DNA of 64,000 bases from an uncultured Nitrospira sp. (lineage in GTDB: Bacteria; Nitrospirota; Nitrospiria; Nitrospirales; Nitrospiraceae), in NCBI GenBank assembly GCA_902500805.1, contig CABVSA010000008.1, positions 2,260 to 66,259 on the forward strand, in the 5' to 3' direction. Position 1 is the stretch's first letter. Each line of letters starts with the position of its first letter. The position numbers and the translations under genes are program-made. Below, piece by piece: positions 17,818 to 26,675 of the stretch. The notes under the pieces were generated by a model. The model was given only the letters and a program-made list of their open reading frames with translations. It had not been told where the DNA came from and did no database searches.

Positions 17818-19025
17818 AGGATGTCACCCAACAACTCGACCTCATTCTCCGTGGTGCGGTGGAGGTCATTCAGCAGACTGAGCTCGAGGCCAAACTGAAG
17901 CGTTCGCTTTCTGAAAAACGCCCATTACGTATTAAGGCGGGATTCGATCCGACGGCACCGGATCTTCATCTTGGGCACACGGTCCTCATCCATAAGCTGA
18001 AACACTTTCAAGATCTTGGTCATCAAGTGATCTTCCTGATCGGTGATTTCACAGGGATGATCGGCGATCCAACCGGTGTTTCCGAGACGCGTAGGGCGCT
18101 GACCAAGGAACAAGTCCAAGAGAACGCCAAGACGTACCAGCGTCAGATCTTCAAGATTCTTGATCCGGAGAAAACCACCATCGACTTCAATAGTCGCTGG
18201 ATGGGAGCGATGACGGCTGATGGCTTAATCCAACTGGCCGCCCATTACCGAGTCGCCAGAATGATGGAGCGCGATGATTTTCACAAGCGGTACCATGAGC
18301 AGAAACCCATCAGTGTCCACGAATTTCTCTATCCGCTTGTGCAGGGATATGACTCCGTCGCATTGAAGGCGGATGTGGAGTTGGGAGGGACGGATCAAAA
18401 ATTCAACTTGCTGGTCGGCCGTGAGTTGCAGCGAGACTACGGCCAAGAATCACAGGTGGTCATCACGATGCCGTTGCTCGAAGGCACGGATGGCGTGAAG
18501 AAGATGAGCAAGAGCGTCGGGAATTACATCGCGCTGGAAGACAAGCCTGGTGAGATGTTCGGTAAGGTCATGTCGATCAGTGATCAGCTGATGTATCGCT
18601 ACTATGAATTGCTCACGACGGAAGATCTCGGCCAGGCCAGATCACTGCATCCGATGGAAGCCAAGCAGACACTGGCTGAATTGATTGTGGCTCAGTATCA
18701 CGGGGCCGAGGCAGGGAAGCAGGCCAGAGCGGAGTTTGCGCAGAAGTTTCAGAAACAAGAATTTCCCGATGAACCGGATGTGCGTGTTGAGCTGACGCCC
18801 AATGATTTGCGAGATGGGAAGGCCATTGGGTTGGTTGATCTTGTGGCCAAAACAGGCTTAGTTCCCAGCAAGAGTGAAGCACGCCGGTTGATCATTCAAG
18901 GCGGCGTTGAGATCGACGGACAGAAACAGAGCGATGCCAACGCAACCCTTGAGGTTGTCCAGGGTAAGCAATATCGTATGAAAGTTGGAAGAAGAAAGTT
19001 TGCGACAGTGGAACGGGTTGGATAG
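17814..19025 (+). CDS. tyrS: Tyrosine--tRNA ligase
   Basis: HIGH-type motif DLHLGHTV, a KMSKS motif, and the C-terminal S4-like [18 protein letters not shown]. Confidence 0.97.
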   Translation: MKDVTQQLDLILRGAVEVIQQTELEAKLKRSLSEKRPLRIKAGFDPTAPDLHLGHTVLIHKLKHFQDLGHQVIFLIGDFTGMIGDPTGVSETRRALTKEQVQENAKTYQRQIFKILDPEKTTIDFNSRWMGAMTADGLIQLAAHYRVARMMERDDFHKRYHEQKPISVHEFLYPLVQGYDSVALKADVELGGTDQKFNLLVGRELQRDYGQESQVVITMPLLEGTDGVKKMSKSVGNYIALEDKPGEMFGKVMSISDQLMYRYYELLTTEDLGQARSLHPMEAKQTLAELIVAQYHGAEAGKQARAEFAQKFQKQEFPDEPDVRVELTPNDLRDGKAIGLVDLVAKTGLVPSKSEARRLIIQGGVEIDGQKQSDANATLEVVQGKQYRMKVGRRKFATVERVG

Positions 19026-19110
19026 CAACGGCTTGGTAGGTATCTTGAGAAACTCAGACCTGCCTGCAGCTGGACACTCAGCCTGTGTTCCTGTATAAGA
19101 TCTCCAGCAA

Positions 19111-19185
19111 GCGGGCGTAGCTCAGTGGTAGAGTCCTTGCTTCCCAAGCAAGTTGTCGCGGGTTCAAATCCCGCCGCCCGCTCCA
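19111..19185 (+). tRNA. tRNA-Gly (anticodon CCC), with CCA encoded
   Basis: Cloverleaf read by hand. The acceptor is GCGGGCG/CGCCCGC, the D-arm is GCTCAGTGGTAGAGT, the anticodon arm is CTTGC-TTCCCAA-GCAAG, and the T-arm is GCGGG-TTCAAAT-CCCGC. The discriminator is T, followed by CCA. Confidence 0.95.
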
Positions 19186-19259
19186 AACATCCCCACTCAT
19201 GCGAAGCGCACTTCCTGCGGTATTGTCCCTTCTCCAGCGATCTCAGAAAAGGAGCAGCG

Positions 19260-19574
19260 ATGACTCACAAACAGATGCTCTGGCTGTGTGCTGTCACATT
19301 TATCGGTGGAATAATTGGTGGCGGGCTGAGCTATCTCTTGTTCTCGCCACTATCGGTCCAAGCACAGAGCCCCAACGGAGTTCATGCAGAGGAGTTTCTG
19401 TTACTCGACGTACATGGCAGAGCTCGGGCCGGTCTTGGCCTGGATGCGAAGGGGGAGGTGGGGCTTGTGCTTCGAAGTAAAGACGGAAACCGGACCCTCA
19501 CTCTCTCGCCTGACGATCCATCGGTCATCAAGTTAGTCGAGCGAGGAGGCCGGATTCTGTGGAGTGCACCCTAG
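19260..19574 (+). CDS. Small membrane-anchored hypothetical protein
   Basis: GGAG lies 5 nt before the ATG at 19260. The N-terminal TM segment is LWLCAVTFIGGIIGGGLSYLLF. The ORF-track start at 19125 lies inside the tRNA gene and is rejected. Confidence 0.5.
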   Translation: MTHKQMLWLCAVTFIGGIIGGGLSYLLFSPLSVQAQSPNGVHAEEFLLLDVHGRARAGLGLDAKGEVGLVLRSKDGNRTLTLSPDDPSVIKLVERGGRILWSAP

Positions 19575-19668
19575 TGGTGCGTGAACCGTGAGAAAAGATT
19601 GGGAGTTTTATGACTGATTCGGTATTAAAGCCGGAATAACTTCAGGATGATCAAAAAGGTTGTCCAGC

Positions 19669-19755
19669 AAGGCCGCAGCGAGCGAAGAGCGGAGGCGTAC
19701 GCCTCGATACGTTGAGCCTTTGAGCGATGCGAGAACACCGCTGGCGGCCTTTTTC
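19669..19755. terminator. Long-range stem with a T-tract between convergent genes (probable terminator)
   Basis: aaggccgcagcg (19669-19680) pairs with cgctggcggcctt (19739-19751), 12 bp with one bulge, followed by ttttt. The enclosed ~58 nt contain the palindrome gaggcgtacgcctc. Confidence 0.4.
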
Positions 19756-19765
19756 AGCATTCCTG

Positions 19766-19957
19766 TTAGACGGCTTTCTTGACCAATCCAGAACGCAGGC
19801 AGCGGGTGCAGACGCGGATCCGCTTATGGCTCTTGCCGATGACGGCTCGCACGGTTTGAATGTTGGGATTGAACACGCGCCGGGTCTTATTGTTCGCATG
19901 GCTGACATTGTTCCCAGAGACTGGCTTCTTGAGGCACACTTCACACATAAATGCCAC
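19766..19957 (-). CDS. rpmB: 50S ribosomal protein L28
   Basis: [20 protein letters not shown] signature in a 63-aa product. Two CxxC pairs (CEVC, CTRC) suggest the Zn-ribbon form. Confidence 0.93.
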   Translation of the reverse strand: MAFMCEVCLKKPVSGNNVSHANNKTRRVFNPNIQTVRAVIGKSHKRIRVCTRCLRSGLVKKAV

Positions 19958-20131
19958 GATCGTACTCCTTCTCGCTGAAGTGAAATCCAGTTGAACTGGC
20001 GGATACTACCATAGCTGGATGAACCCTCACAAGCATCTGATTCTTCTCATAATGCAGCGAGAGGCGGAGGAGCAAGCTAGTCGATCTTGACAACTTCTCT
20101 AGCCCTCTCCTATTGTGATCTGCCTAAGAGC

Positions 20132-20330
20132 CTTCAAGCAAGAGAAGAGGGTTGAAGCCCTCGCGGTCCCGCCGCTGTAAATGGGGACGAAACCCGGTGA
20201 TGCCACTGTCGCAATGGAGCTGTCAGCCGCCAGCAATCAGCCTTGAGCTGAATGCTGTGAGCCGATAGCTTCAAGAGATGGGAAGGAACGGGGAGTAGGG
20301 TGAACCATGAGCCAGAAAACCTGCTTGAAG
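20132..20330 (+). promoter_or_regulatory. Cobalamin (B12) riboswitch aptamer 1
   Basis: P1 is cttcaagca (20132-20140) paired with tgcttgaag (20322-20330). The core has CCCGCCGCTGTAA, GCCACTG and GATGGGAAGG, plus a B12 box GAGCCAGAAAACCTGC. Confidence 0.85.
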
Positions 20331-20389
20331 ACATGACCGTTGTTCCCTCGAGGCTGGGGAACGGGTGAGGATGAAGAAGCGGGTGCAAT

Positions 20390-20422
20390 CCTCAAGGTCT
20401 GTGTAGGCCTTGGGGATTTTTT
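20390..20422 (+). terminator. Riboswitch-1 expression-platform terminator
   Basis: 8-bp stem cctcaagg / ccttgggg (one G-U pair) followed by atttttt, immediately upstream of the btuF-like start. Confidence 0.6.
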
Positions 20423-20425
20423 CCA

Positions 20426-21433
20426 TTGACGCACTGGAGCCAACCGCATCCGATTCTTAGGACAGTGATTCTGGCCGGACTCACGATGGTTGTGTCACAG
20501 TCTGCCGAATGTAGTGAAGGAGATGTTGGTGTGATGAAACGACGGCAACAGGGCATCCTCACCGGCATGCCGTTTATGGCCCATGTTTCGTCGCGGGCGT
20601 TTGTCGATGATGCCGGGCGACGCCTCTATCTGGCCAAGCCGCCGGTTCGCGTGGTCTCGCTGGCGCCGAGTATCACCGAGATGTTGTTTGCGCTTGGTTT
20701 GGATGAGCAGATCGTCGGAGTCACGGAGTTTTGTGATTACCCGGCTGGTGCCAAATCCAAAGCCAAAGTCGGCTATGCCAATCCCAACATGGAAACGATC
20801 ATCGGCTTGCAACCGGATATGGTGCTCGCCCCCAAAGACTTTTTCCGCCCCGATCTCCAGGTGAAACTGGAGCAGCTTAAAATCGCCGTGTTTGTCCTCG
20901 ATGCCAAGACGTTGGAGGACATCCCGCTTCAGCTGCATACATTAGGAACGATGTTCGAGAAAAATTCAGCCGCAAACGACGTTACTCAGCGCATGCGTCA
21001 GCGGATGACCGAGCTCAAGCTCAAAGTGGAGACGCTCCCTAAGAAGCGAGTACTGTATGTGTTGAACAGCCAGCCGTTGATCAGCGTCGGGCCGGGAAGT
21101 TTTATCCATCAGATGATCGGTGTTGCAGGAGGAGTCAACGTCGCTGCTCAGGCGGGCGTTGCCTATCCACGACTGAGTATGGAGACCGTGCTCAAGGAAG
21201 ATCCGGAGGTGCTGATTTTCCCGAGCGGCGAGGTGGAAACGGTACCGCGAAGCGAGCAGCAGCAGTGGCGGCGTTGGGACTCGCTTTCAGCGGTCAAACG
21301 GCAGCGATTTCATGAAGTCTCGTCGAATCTCCTGAATCGTCCTGGGCCTCGTGTCATTGATGGGCTAGAGCAGCTTGTCCGGGCGATTCATCCTGAACTC
21401 TTCGGTCCCAGTACCCCCGCGCTCCATCCATGA
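20426..21433 (+). CDS. btuF: ABC transporter periplasmic corrinoid-binding protein (BtuF-like)
   Basis: RVVSLAPSITEMLFALGLDEQIVGVTEFCDYP is typical of BtuF/FhuD-class binding proteins. The TTG start gives the signal-like ILRTVILAGLTMVVSQSA. The exact start is uncertain. Confidence 0.85.
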   Translation: MTHWSQPHPILRTVILAGLTMVVSQSAECSEGDVGVMKRRQQGILTGMPFMAHVSSRAFVDDAGRRLYLAKPPVRVVSLAPSITEMLFALGLDEQIVGVTEFCDYPAGAKSKAKVGYANPNMETIIGLQPDMVLAPKDFFRPDLQVKLEQLKIAVFVLDAKTLEDIPLQLHTLGTMFEKNSAANDVTQRMRQRMTELKLKVETLPKKRVLYVLNSQPLISVGPGSFIHQMIGVAGGVNVAAQAGVAYPRLSMETVLKEDPEVLIFPSGEVETVPRSEQQQWRRWDSLSAVKRQRFHEVSSNLLNRPGPRVIDGLEQLVRAIHPELFGPSTPALHP

Positions 21434-21488
21434 GGCTCTTGTGAAACTGCCGTCAGCCACAGGGTCTCCACGTTCCTGTGCCGATCGG

Positions 21489-22589
21489 ATGTCTCAGGAA
21501 CAAGGTTTTGTACCCCCTGCGCGCGGCAGCGTTGTGCAAGGAGCCATCCTGAGCCGTTCACGCTTGATCCTGATACTTGGGCTGTTGAGTCTGACGGCGG
21601 TCGTCGTGAGCCTGATGTGTCTTCACTTCGGAGCTCAACCGATTGCCTATCGAGAGATGCTCCGCGTGTTGATGGGCGTCATGACGGTTGATCAGACTGA
21701 GGCGGATAGCGGTTCGGCAGATATCACACGGACGATCTTGCTCCAAATCAGGCTCCCGCGTGTGTTGCTGGGCTTCATGGTGGGTTGCTCGCTCGCGTCG
21801 GTGGGTGTCGTCTTACAGGCCTTGTTACGAAACCCACTAGCGGACCCCTATGTGCTTGGCGTCTCCAGCGGAGCGGCACTCGGTGCAGCACTGGGTGTCT
21901 TATGTGGAGCGGGGACGACATTCTTAGCGGAAGCGGCGTTGCCGGCGTGCGGCTTTGCCGGTGGGATCGTTGCGTTAGTGATTGTCTATCGAATGGCGAC
22001 CAACGCGGAACATTTGCCGATTCATAGCCTGTTGTTGACCGGGGTAATTTTGAACGCCATCTTCTCCGCCTTGATCATGTTCATTACGTCGATCCTGGAC
22101 CCAAATCGTTCATATGGGATGATGGCCTGGCTGATGGGAACGCTCACCTCTCCTACCTATAGCGGACTTGTTGGGGTGCTGGTCTATCTTTCGATCAGTC
22201 TCCTCCTCTTATTCAGACAGGTGCGTGCCTTGAATATCATGGCATTAGGCGAAGATGCGGCTCGCTCGCTTGGGGTCGATACAGAACGGGCAAAGCGCTC
22301 CATCTTCATCTTGACGGCGTTGGTCACTGGTGCCGTGGTGTCTGTCAGCGGCATGATCGGGTTTATTGGGATGGTGGTGCCCCATGCCGTGCGCCTAGGC
22401 ATTGGCGCGGACCATCGGCTGCTCCTGCCTGCCTCAGGATTAGTCGGGGGAATCTTTCTCATGGGGGCGGATACGATGGCCAGGACATTGATTGCGCCCA
22501 CAGAAATTCCGGTCGGAATCATCACCGCTCTGGCGGGTGGGCCATTCTTCATCTATCTCCTGCTCTGGCGAAAGGATCGACTGGCGTGA
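21489..22589 (+). CDS. btuC: ABC transporter permease, FecCD/BtuC family
   Basis: A multi-TM protein with the FecCD-family segments RLPRVLLGFMVG and GPFFIYLL. The ATG at 21489 avoids the 59-nt overlap with btuF that the ORF-track start implies. Confidence 0.85.
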   Translation: MSQEQGFVPPARGSVVQGAILSRSRLILILGLLSLTAVVVSLMCLHFGAQPIAYREMLRVLMGVMTVDQTEADSGSADITRTILLQIRLPRVLLGFMVGCSLASVGVVLQALLRNPLADPYVLGVSSGAALGAALGVLCGAGTTFLAEAALPACGFAGGIVALVIVYRMATNAEHLPIHSLLLTGVILNAIFSALIMFITSILDPNRSYGMMAWLMGTLTSPTYSGLVGVLVYLSISLLLLFRQVRALNIMALGEDAARSLGVDTERAKRSIFILTALVTGAVVSVSGMIGFIGMVVPHAVRLGIGADHRLLLPASGLVGGIFLMGADTMARTLIAPTEIPVGIITALAGGPFFIYLLLWRKDRLA

Positions 22590-23488
22590 GCGGGCTCCAG
22601 GACAGTCAACCTGGTGGAGGCAACGAGCCTTGTGCGATTCGCTTGGTCCAACCGCGCGACGCTTATGACGTGCATTCCCTTCGGTTTCGATATCAGTCAA
22701 CGAAACCCTCAAACAGCCCATGGATCGTCGAGGACGTATCGTTTCAGGTCGCCCAGGGGCAAGTGCTGGGGATCGTGGGGCCGAACGGGTCGGGAAAGAC
22801 CTCCTTGCTGAAACTCTTGGCGCGGCTTGCCACCCCGCAGCAAGGCGGCATCACTTTGTTCGGACGAGACATGGCAGCAATGAAACAAGAAGAGATTGCT
22901 CGTATCGTTGGAGTCGTACCACAAGACACACCGCAGCTCTTTCCCTTTACAGTTGCGGAAACGGTCTTAATGGGACGATTTCCTCATCGTCCTCGAAACG
23001 GATGGGGAAGTGGATTTGGATGGGAAAGCGGGGAGGATGTGGCTATTGCCGAGGATGCCATGAGGACGATGGACGTTGCCCACTTGGCCCAGCGGGCGGT
23101 AACGGACCTTTCTGGTGGAGAACGGCAACGGACGATGATTGCGCGAGCCTTGGCTCAGACACCGCAAGTATTGTTGCTTGATGAGCCGACCGCCTTTCTT
23201 GATTTGCAGCATCAGGTTGAGATCGGATCGGTGTTATGTCGTTTGAGAGATGAGCGTGGGTTGACGGTGATTCTGATCTCACATGACTTGAATCTCGTCA
23301 GCCAATATTGCGATCGGCTGCTGCTGCTTGCTGCGGGACACGTGGTTCGGCTGGGATCCCCTGAAGAAGTCATAGAGCCTCTGGTGTTAGAGCAGGTCTA
23401 TCGATGTCAGGTCCTCATTGATCAACATCCGACCTCGGGTATGCCTCGAGTGACATTACCAGGTCGGAAGACCGTAGGGAACGAGTGA
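22586..23488 (+). CDS. btuD: ABC transporter ATP-binding protein (BtuD/FepC-like)
   Basis: Walker A GPNGSGKTS, ABC signature LSGGERQR, Walker B LLLDEPTAFLD. A GTGA overlap joins it to btuC. Confidence 0.9.
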   Translation: MSGLQDSQPGGGNEPCAIRLVQPRDAYDVHSLRFRYQSTKPSNSPWIVEDVSFQVAQGQVLGIVGPNGSGKTSLLKLLARLATPQQGGITLFGRDMAAMKQEEIARIVGVVPQDTPQLFPFTVAETVLMGRFPHRPRNGWGSGFGWESGEDVAIAEDAMRTMDVAHLAQRAVTDLSGGERQRTMIARALAQTPQVLLLDEPTAFLDLQHQVEIGSVLCRLRDERGLTVILISHDLNLVSQYCDRLLLLAAGHVVRLGSPEEVIEPLVLEQVYRCQVLIDQHPTSGMPRVTLPGRKTVGNE

Positions 23489-23489
23489 C

Positions 23490-24260
23490 ATGACGCGAGG
23501 TAAGATCGCCCTGCTCCATCTTGAGACGGTTCCCGGGGCTATTGATCGGAACCGATATGTGATTGTCGAGGCCATCAAACATGCCGCAGCAATCGGCGCT
23601 CAATGGATCGTGACGCCGGAGCTTGCGGTGTGCGGGTTGCAATTTGCCCATGTCGTTGGCTCTGATTGGATCCAGCCGCAACCCGACCCTTGGACGCAAC
23701 AGGTCTGCAGGCTGGTCAAGACGTTGAAACGAACAGTCTTTCTCGGTTGTCCCGAGCGAGAGGGCAGGCGGTTCTACAACTCCGTGTTTGTCATCGGTCC
23801 GACGGGCGAGATTATCGGGCAACACCGTAAGCTCAATGTGGTGAGTGACTCCCTGTCATGGTCGAACCCAGGTGATCGTGTCGCTCCGATCGAGTGTGAC
23901 GGGATCAAGGTCGGTGTGCTCATTTGCAGCGATGCCTATACGTCGAACATTGCTCGAGCGCTGAAGTTCGAAGGGGCAGAGATGTTGATATCGCCTGCGT
24001 CATGGGGACCAGGCATTCATGGCCCAAATGGGGAATGGGAGCAGCGGAGCCAGGAAACGGGACTTCCAGTGATCGTCTGTAATCGAACGGGTGCAGAGCA
24101 GACACTCGACTTTTGGAAGGCGCCGAGCTTAGTCGCAAAGAATGGTGACCGGCTGCTGTCTCATACGTCGGACCGATCGGCAGTCCTCACGTTTGACTGG
24201 GACTTCTCCAATATGGTACCAAGCACAACTCAATTTCGGGCAGACTATATGCGAAGCTAG
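23490..24260 (+). CDS. Carbon-nitrogen hydrolase (nitrilase superfamily) protein
   Basis: An E-K-C triad context is present: VTPELAVCG (Glu), HRKLNV (Lys) and GVLICSDAY (Cys). It starts 1 nt after the btuD stop. Confidence 0.85.
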   Translation: MTRGKIALLHLETVPGAIDRNRYVIVEAIKHAAAIGAQWIVTPELAVCGLQFAHVVGSDWIQPQPDPWTQQVCRLVKTLKRTVFLGCPEREGRRFYNSVFVIGPTGEIIGQHRKLNVVSDSLSWSNPGDRVAPIECDGIKVGVLICSDAYTSNIARALKFEGAEMLISPASWGPGIHGPNGEWEQRSQETGLPVIVCNRTGAEQTLDFWKAPSLVAKNGDRLLSHTSDRSAVLTFDWDFSNMVPSTTQFRADYMRS

Positions 24261-24303
24261 CTCGGAAGATCGATGATGTCGTACGTGAGTACTCGTACTC
24301 AAC

Positions 24304-24330
24304 AGGGGAAGGTGCATCCCTTTTTTCTGT
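24304..24330 (+). terminator. Weak intrinsic terminator after the btuFCD-hydrolase operon
   Basis: Short stem (a)ggga / tccc(t) with loop aggtgca, followed by a T6 run. Confidence 0.35.
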
Positions 24331-24382
24331 TCCAGACTGGTGGATGCCGAGAGGAAGGAGGAAAAAACTCACAACAGAGATA

Positions 24383-24600
24383 GACCGTCAGTGCCGGGGA
24401 AGATGGTGCAAGTCCATCACGGTGCCGCCACTGTAAGCGGGGAGTGACTCTGCAGAACGCCACTGTCTAGGGAAGCTGTTAGCCACTAGCCATCAGCATT
24501 CAGTCAAACCTGATTGCTGAACGCTGTGAGCCAATTGCTTCGAAGATGGGAAGGCGCAGGGAAACGATGAGCCGCAAGTCAGGATACCCAACGGACGGGA
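24383..24600 (+). promoter_or_regulatory. Cobalamin (B12) riboswitch aptamer 2
   Basis: A near-consensus core, GGGGAAGATGGTGCAAGTCCATCACGGTGCCGCCACTGTAAGCGGGGAG. It also has a second GCCACTGTC, GATGGGAAGG and a B12 box GAGCCGCAAGTCAGGATACC. Downstream, CCCTT...AAGGG can sequester the SD GGGAGG. Confidence 0.85.
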
Positions 24601-24635
24601 AACATTCACACCCTTCGAGTCAAAGGGAGGTTTTC

Positions 24636-26669
24636 ATGCATCGTGTGTATCGGTGTTCCCGGTTTGTTGTTGCCTGTTGTTCCCTTATCGCGTTTCTGCA
24701 CTTCCTACCTCCCACTGCATTCGCTCAGGACATCGCCATGGCCGATCAACAGGAGACCGTCGAGGCTCCTGATGTCGTGGTGAGTGCGACGAAGACCCCA
24801 ATTCCGGCCAAACAGGTCACCAGTGCCGTTGAGGTCATCACCGGCGAGGAGATGCAACAACGGAAAATCAGAACAGTCGCCGAAGCGCTTCGATGGTCAT
24901 CGGGTCTTGCGGTCTTTCAAAGTGGAGGACTCGGCACAACGGTTGATGTGCGGATGCGCGGAGGAACGCCTGAGCAGACTCTCGTGTTGATTGATGGGGC
25001 GATCGTCAACAGTGCCACACTGGGCAGTTACAATTTCACGGATCTCACGTCCGACAACATCGAACGAATCGAAATTTTGCGTGGCAGCCAGAGCATGCTC
25101 TGGGGGTCGGATGCCATGGGCGGTGTGATCAACATCACGACCAAGCGGGGACGGGAGAAACCCAACGTCTCAGGTTTTGTCGAATATGGATCATTCAATA
25201 CGATTCGAGAAGGGGGCAGTCTGGCCGGCAAGAAAGGACCGATTGATTTTTCAGGCTCGATCGCCCGTTTGGATACAGCCGGATTCTCAGCGATCAACTA
25301 CCGCCGTGGCGCAGCCGAGCGCGATGGCTACCACAACTGGCAAGGATCGGTTCGACTGGGTGCGGATCTGCCAAGGGACGGCCGGCTGGAGTTTAGTTTT
25401 CGTTGGCTTGACGGCAGTGTGAATTTTGACGGCTTTGCGTTTAATTCGACGACCTTCGCGTCAGAGCCGGCTGATGTGTTTGGTGCCAGATCCAAAAGTG
25501 TCCAATATGTGTTTGCAGGGAATTACATGCAACCGATCACCGCCTGGTGGTCGCAACAATTGACCTTGTCACGGGCCACTGAAAATCTGGTGAGCGACGG
25601 TGGCGCAGTTGAACGGAGTCTTGTGACGGGAGCCACGGGATCCATTGGATCCCCGTTTCGGTCTCAAATTGGAACCACGAGCAATCGGATTGAATGGCAG
25701 CACAATATCCAAGTCGGCAAACCGCTTAGATTGACGGCGGGGTATCAGTTTCGGGAACAGCGAGGCGACAATCGGGATCTCTTGACCAGTACCACCGTCT
25801 TCGAGAACAAATCCGTTAGTAGCCATGCCGGCTTTGGAGAGGCGCAGTTGAATCTCTGGGACCGGATATTTGGTACGGCGGGTATTCGACAGGATGAGTA
25901 TAACGTATTCGGAAGCGCGACCACCTATCGAGTGACCGGAGGATATCTGGTCAAGGAGACCGGCACAAAGTTCCGAGGCAGCTACTCGACCGGTTTTCGG
26001 GCCCCCACGATCAATCAGTTGTTTTTTCCTGGTTTTGGCAACTCCAATTTAAAACCTGAAAAGAGCCAAGCGTTTGATGTGGCCCTCGAACAGACATTGC
26101 CGAATGATCGAGGCAGCATCAGCGTTGGGTATTTTTGGACCCGCTACCGCAATCTTATTTTGTCGGTCTTCGATCCTGCTGCCTGTACCGAGCCTGGGTC
26201 ATTTGGGTTCTGTGCGCAGAATGTCGGCTTGGCTCGAGCGGAAGGTGTGGAGGTCAGCACAAAGCTGAAACTCTATCGTGACGGGCCATGGGTGAAGAAC
26301 TTGGATTTGCAGATCCAATATACCTACGCAGCGACGCGGGATATCAGTGGCGGCTCGGACACACGTCTTCCGAAATGGCCGCTCCATCAGATTTCGACGG
26401 TACTCCGGTATCAGCCCATAGAAAAGTTGCAGGCCAGTCTGGAGGGGCGCTATGTCGGCGAGCGGTTCGGCAATACTGGGAATGGAAATCCTACTCCCTC
26501 GTTTGTCGTCTGGAATCTGTCGGCGAGCTATGACGTGACGAAGTACCTGCAAGCCTATCTCCGTTTGGACAACATCTTCAACGAGAAATACGAAGAGACA
26601 CTGTTCTTTGGGACGCCGATCCGTTCCATCTTCGGTGGCGTGCGGATCAATTACGATCTGCCGCTCTAG
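24636..26669 (+). CDS. btuB: TonB-dependent outer-membrane corrinoid receptor (BtuB-like)
   Basis: The SD GGGAGG lies 5 nt before the ATG at 24636. It has a signal peptide, a TonB box DVVVSAT, a plug domain (IEILRGSQSMLWGSDAMGGVINI) and a C-terminal beta-barrel ending in an aromatic-containing motif. The ORF-track start at 24546 lies inside the riboswitch. Confidence 0.9.
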   Translation: MHRVYRCSRFVVACCSLIAFLHFLPPTAFAQDIAMADQQETVEAPDVVVSATKTPIPAKQVTSAVEVITGEEMQQRKIRTVAEALRWSSGLAVFQSGGLGTTVDVRMRGGTPEQTLVLIDGAIVNSATLGSYNFTDLTSDNIERIEILRGSQSMLWGSDAMGGVINITTKRGREKPNVSGFVEYGSFNTIREGGSLAGKKGPIDFSGSIARLDTAGFSAINYRRGAAERDGYHNWQGSVRLGADLPRDGRLEFSFRWLDGSVNFDGFAFNSTTFASEPADVFGARSKSVQYVFAGNYMQPITAWWSQQLTLSRATENLVSDGGAVERSLVTGATGSIGSPFRSQIGTTSNRIEWQHNIQVGKPLRLTAGYQFREQRGDNRDLLTSTTVFENKSVSSHAGFGEAQLNLWDRIFGTAGIRQDEYNVFGSATTYRVTGGYLVKETGTKFRGSYSTGFRAPTINQLFFPGFGNSNLKPEKSQAFDVALEQTLPNDRGSISVGYFWTRYRNLILSVFDPAACTEPGSFGFCAQNVGLARAEGVEVSTKLKLYRDGPWVKNLDLQIQYTYAATRDISGGSDTRLPKWPLHQISTVLRYQPIEKLQASLEGRYVGERFGNTGNGNPTPSFVVWNLSASYDVTKYLQAYLRLDNIFNEKYEETLFFGTPIRSIFGGVRINYDLPL

Positions 26670-26675
26670 GGTTGC

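Noticed and set aside
19125-19259. N-terminal 45 codons of ORF 19125..19574
   Set aside because: They would run through the tRNA-Gly gene (19111-19185). An internal ATG at 19260 with a GGAG SD gives a sensible membrane-anchored protein.
24546-24635. ORF-track start of the TonB-dependent receptor at 24546
   Set aside because: The first 30 codons lie inside cobalamin riboswitch 2, including the B12 box. The ATG at 24636 has a GGGAGG SD and a proper signal peptide.
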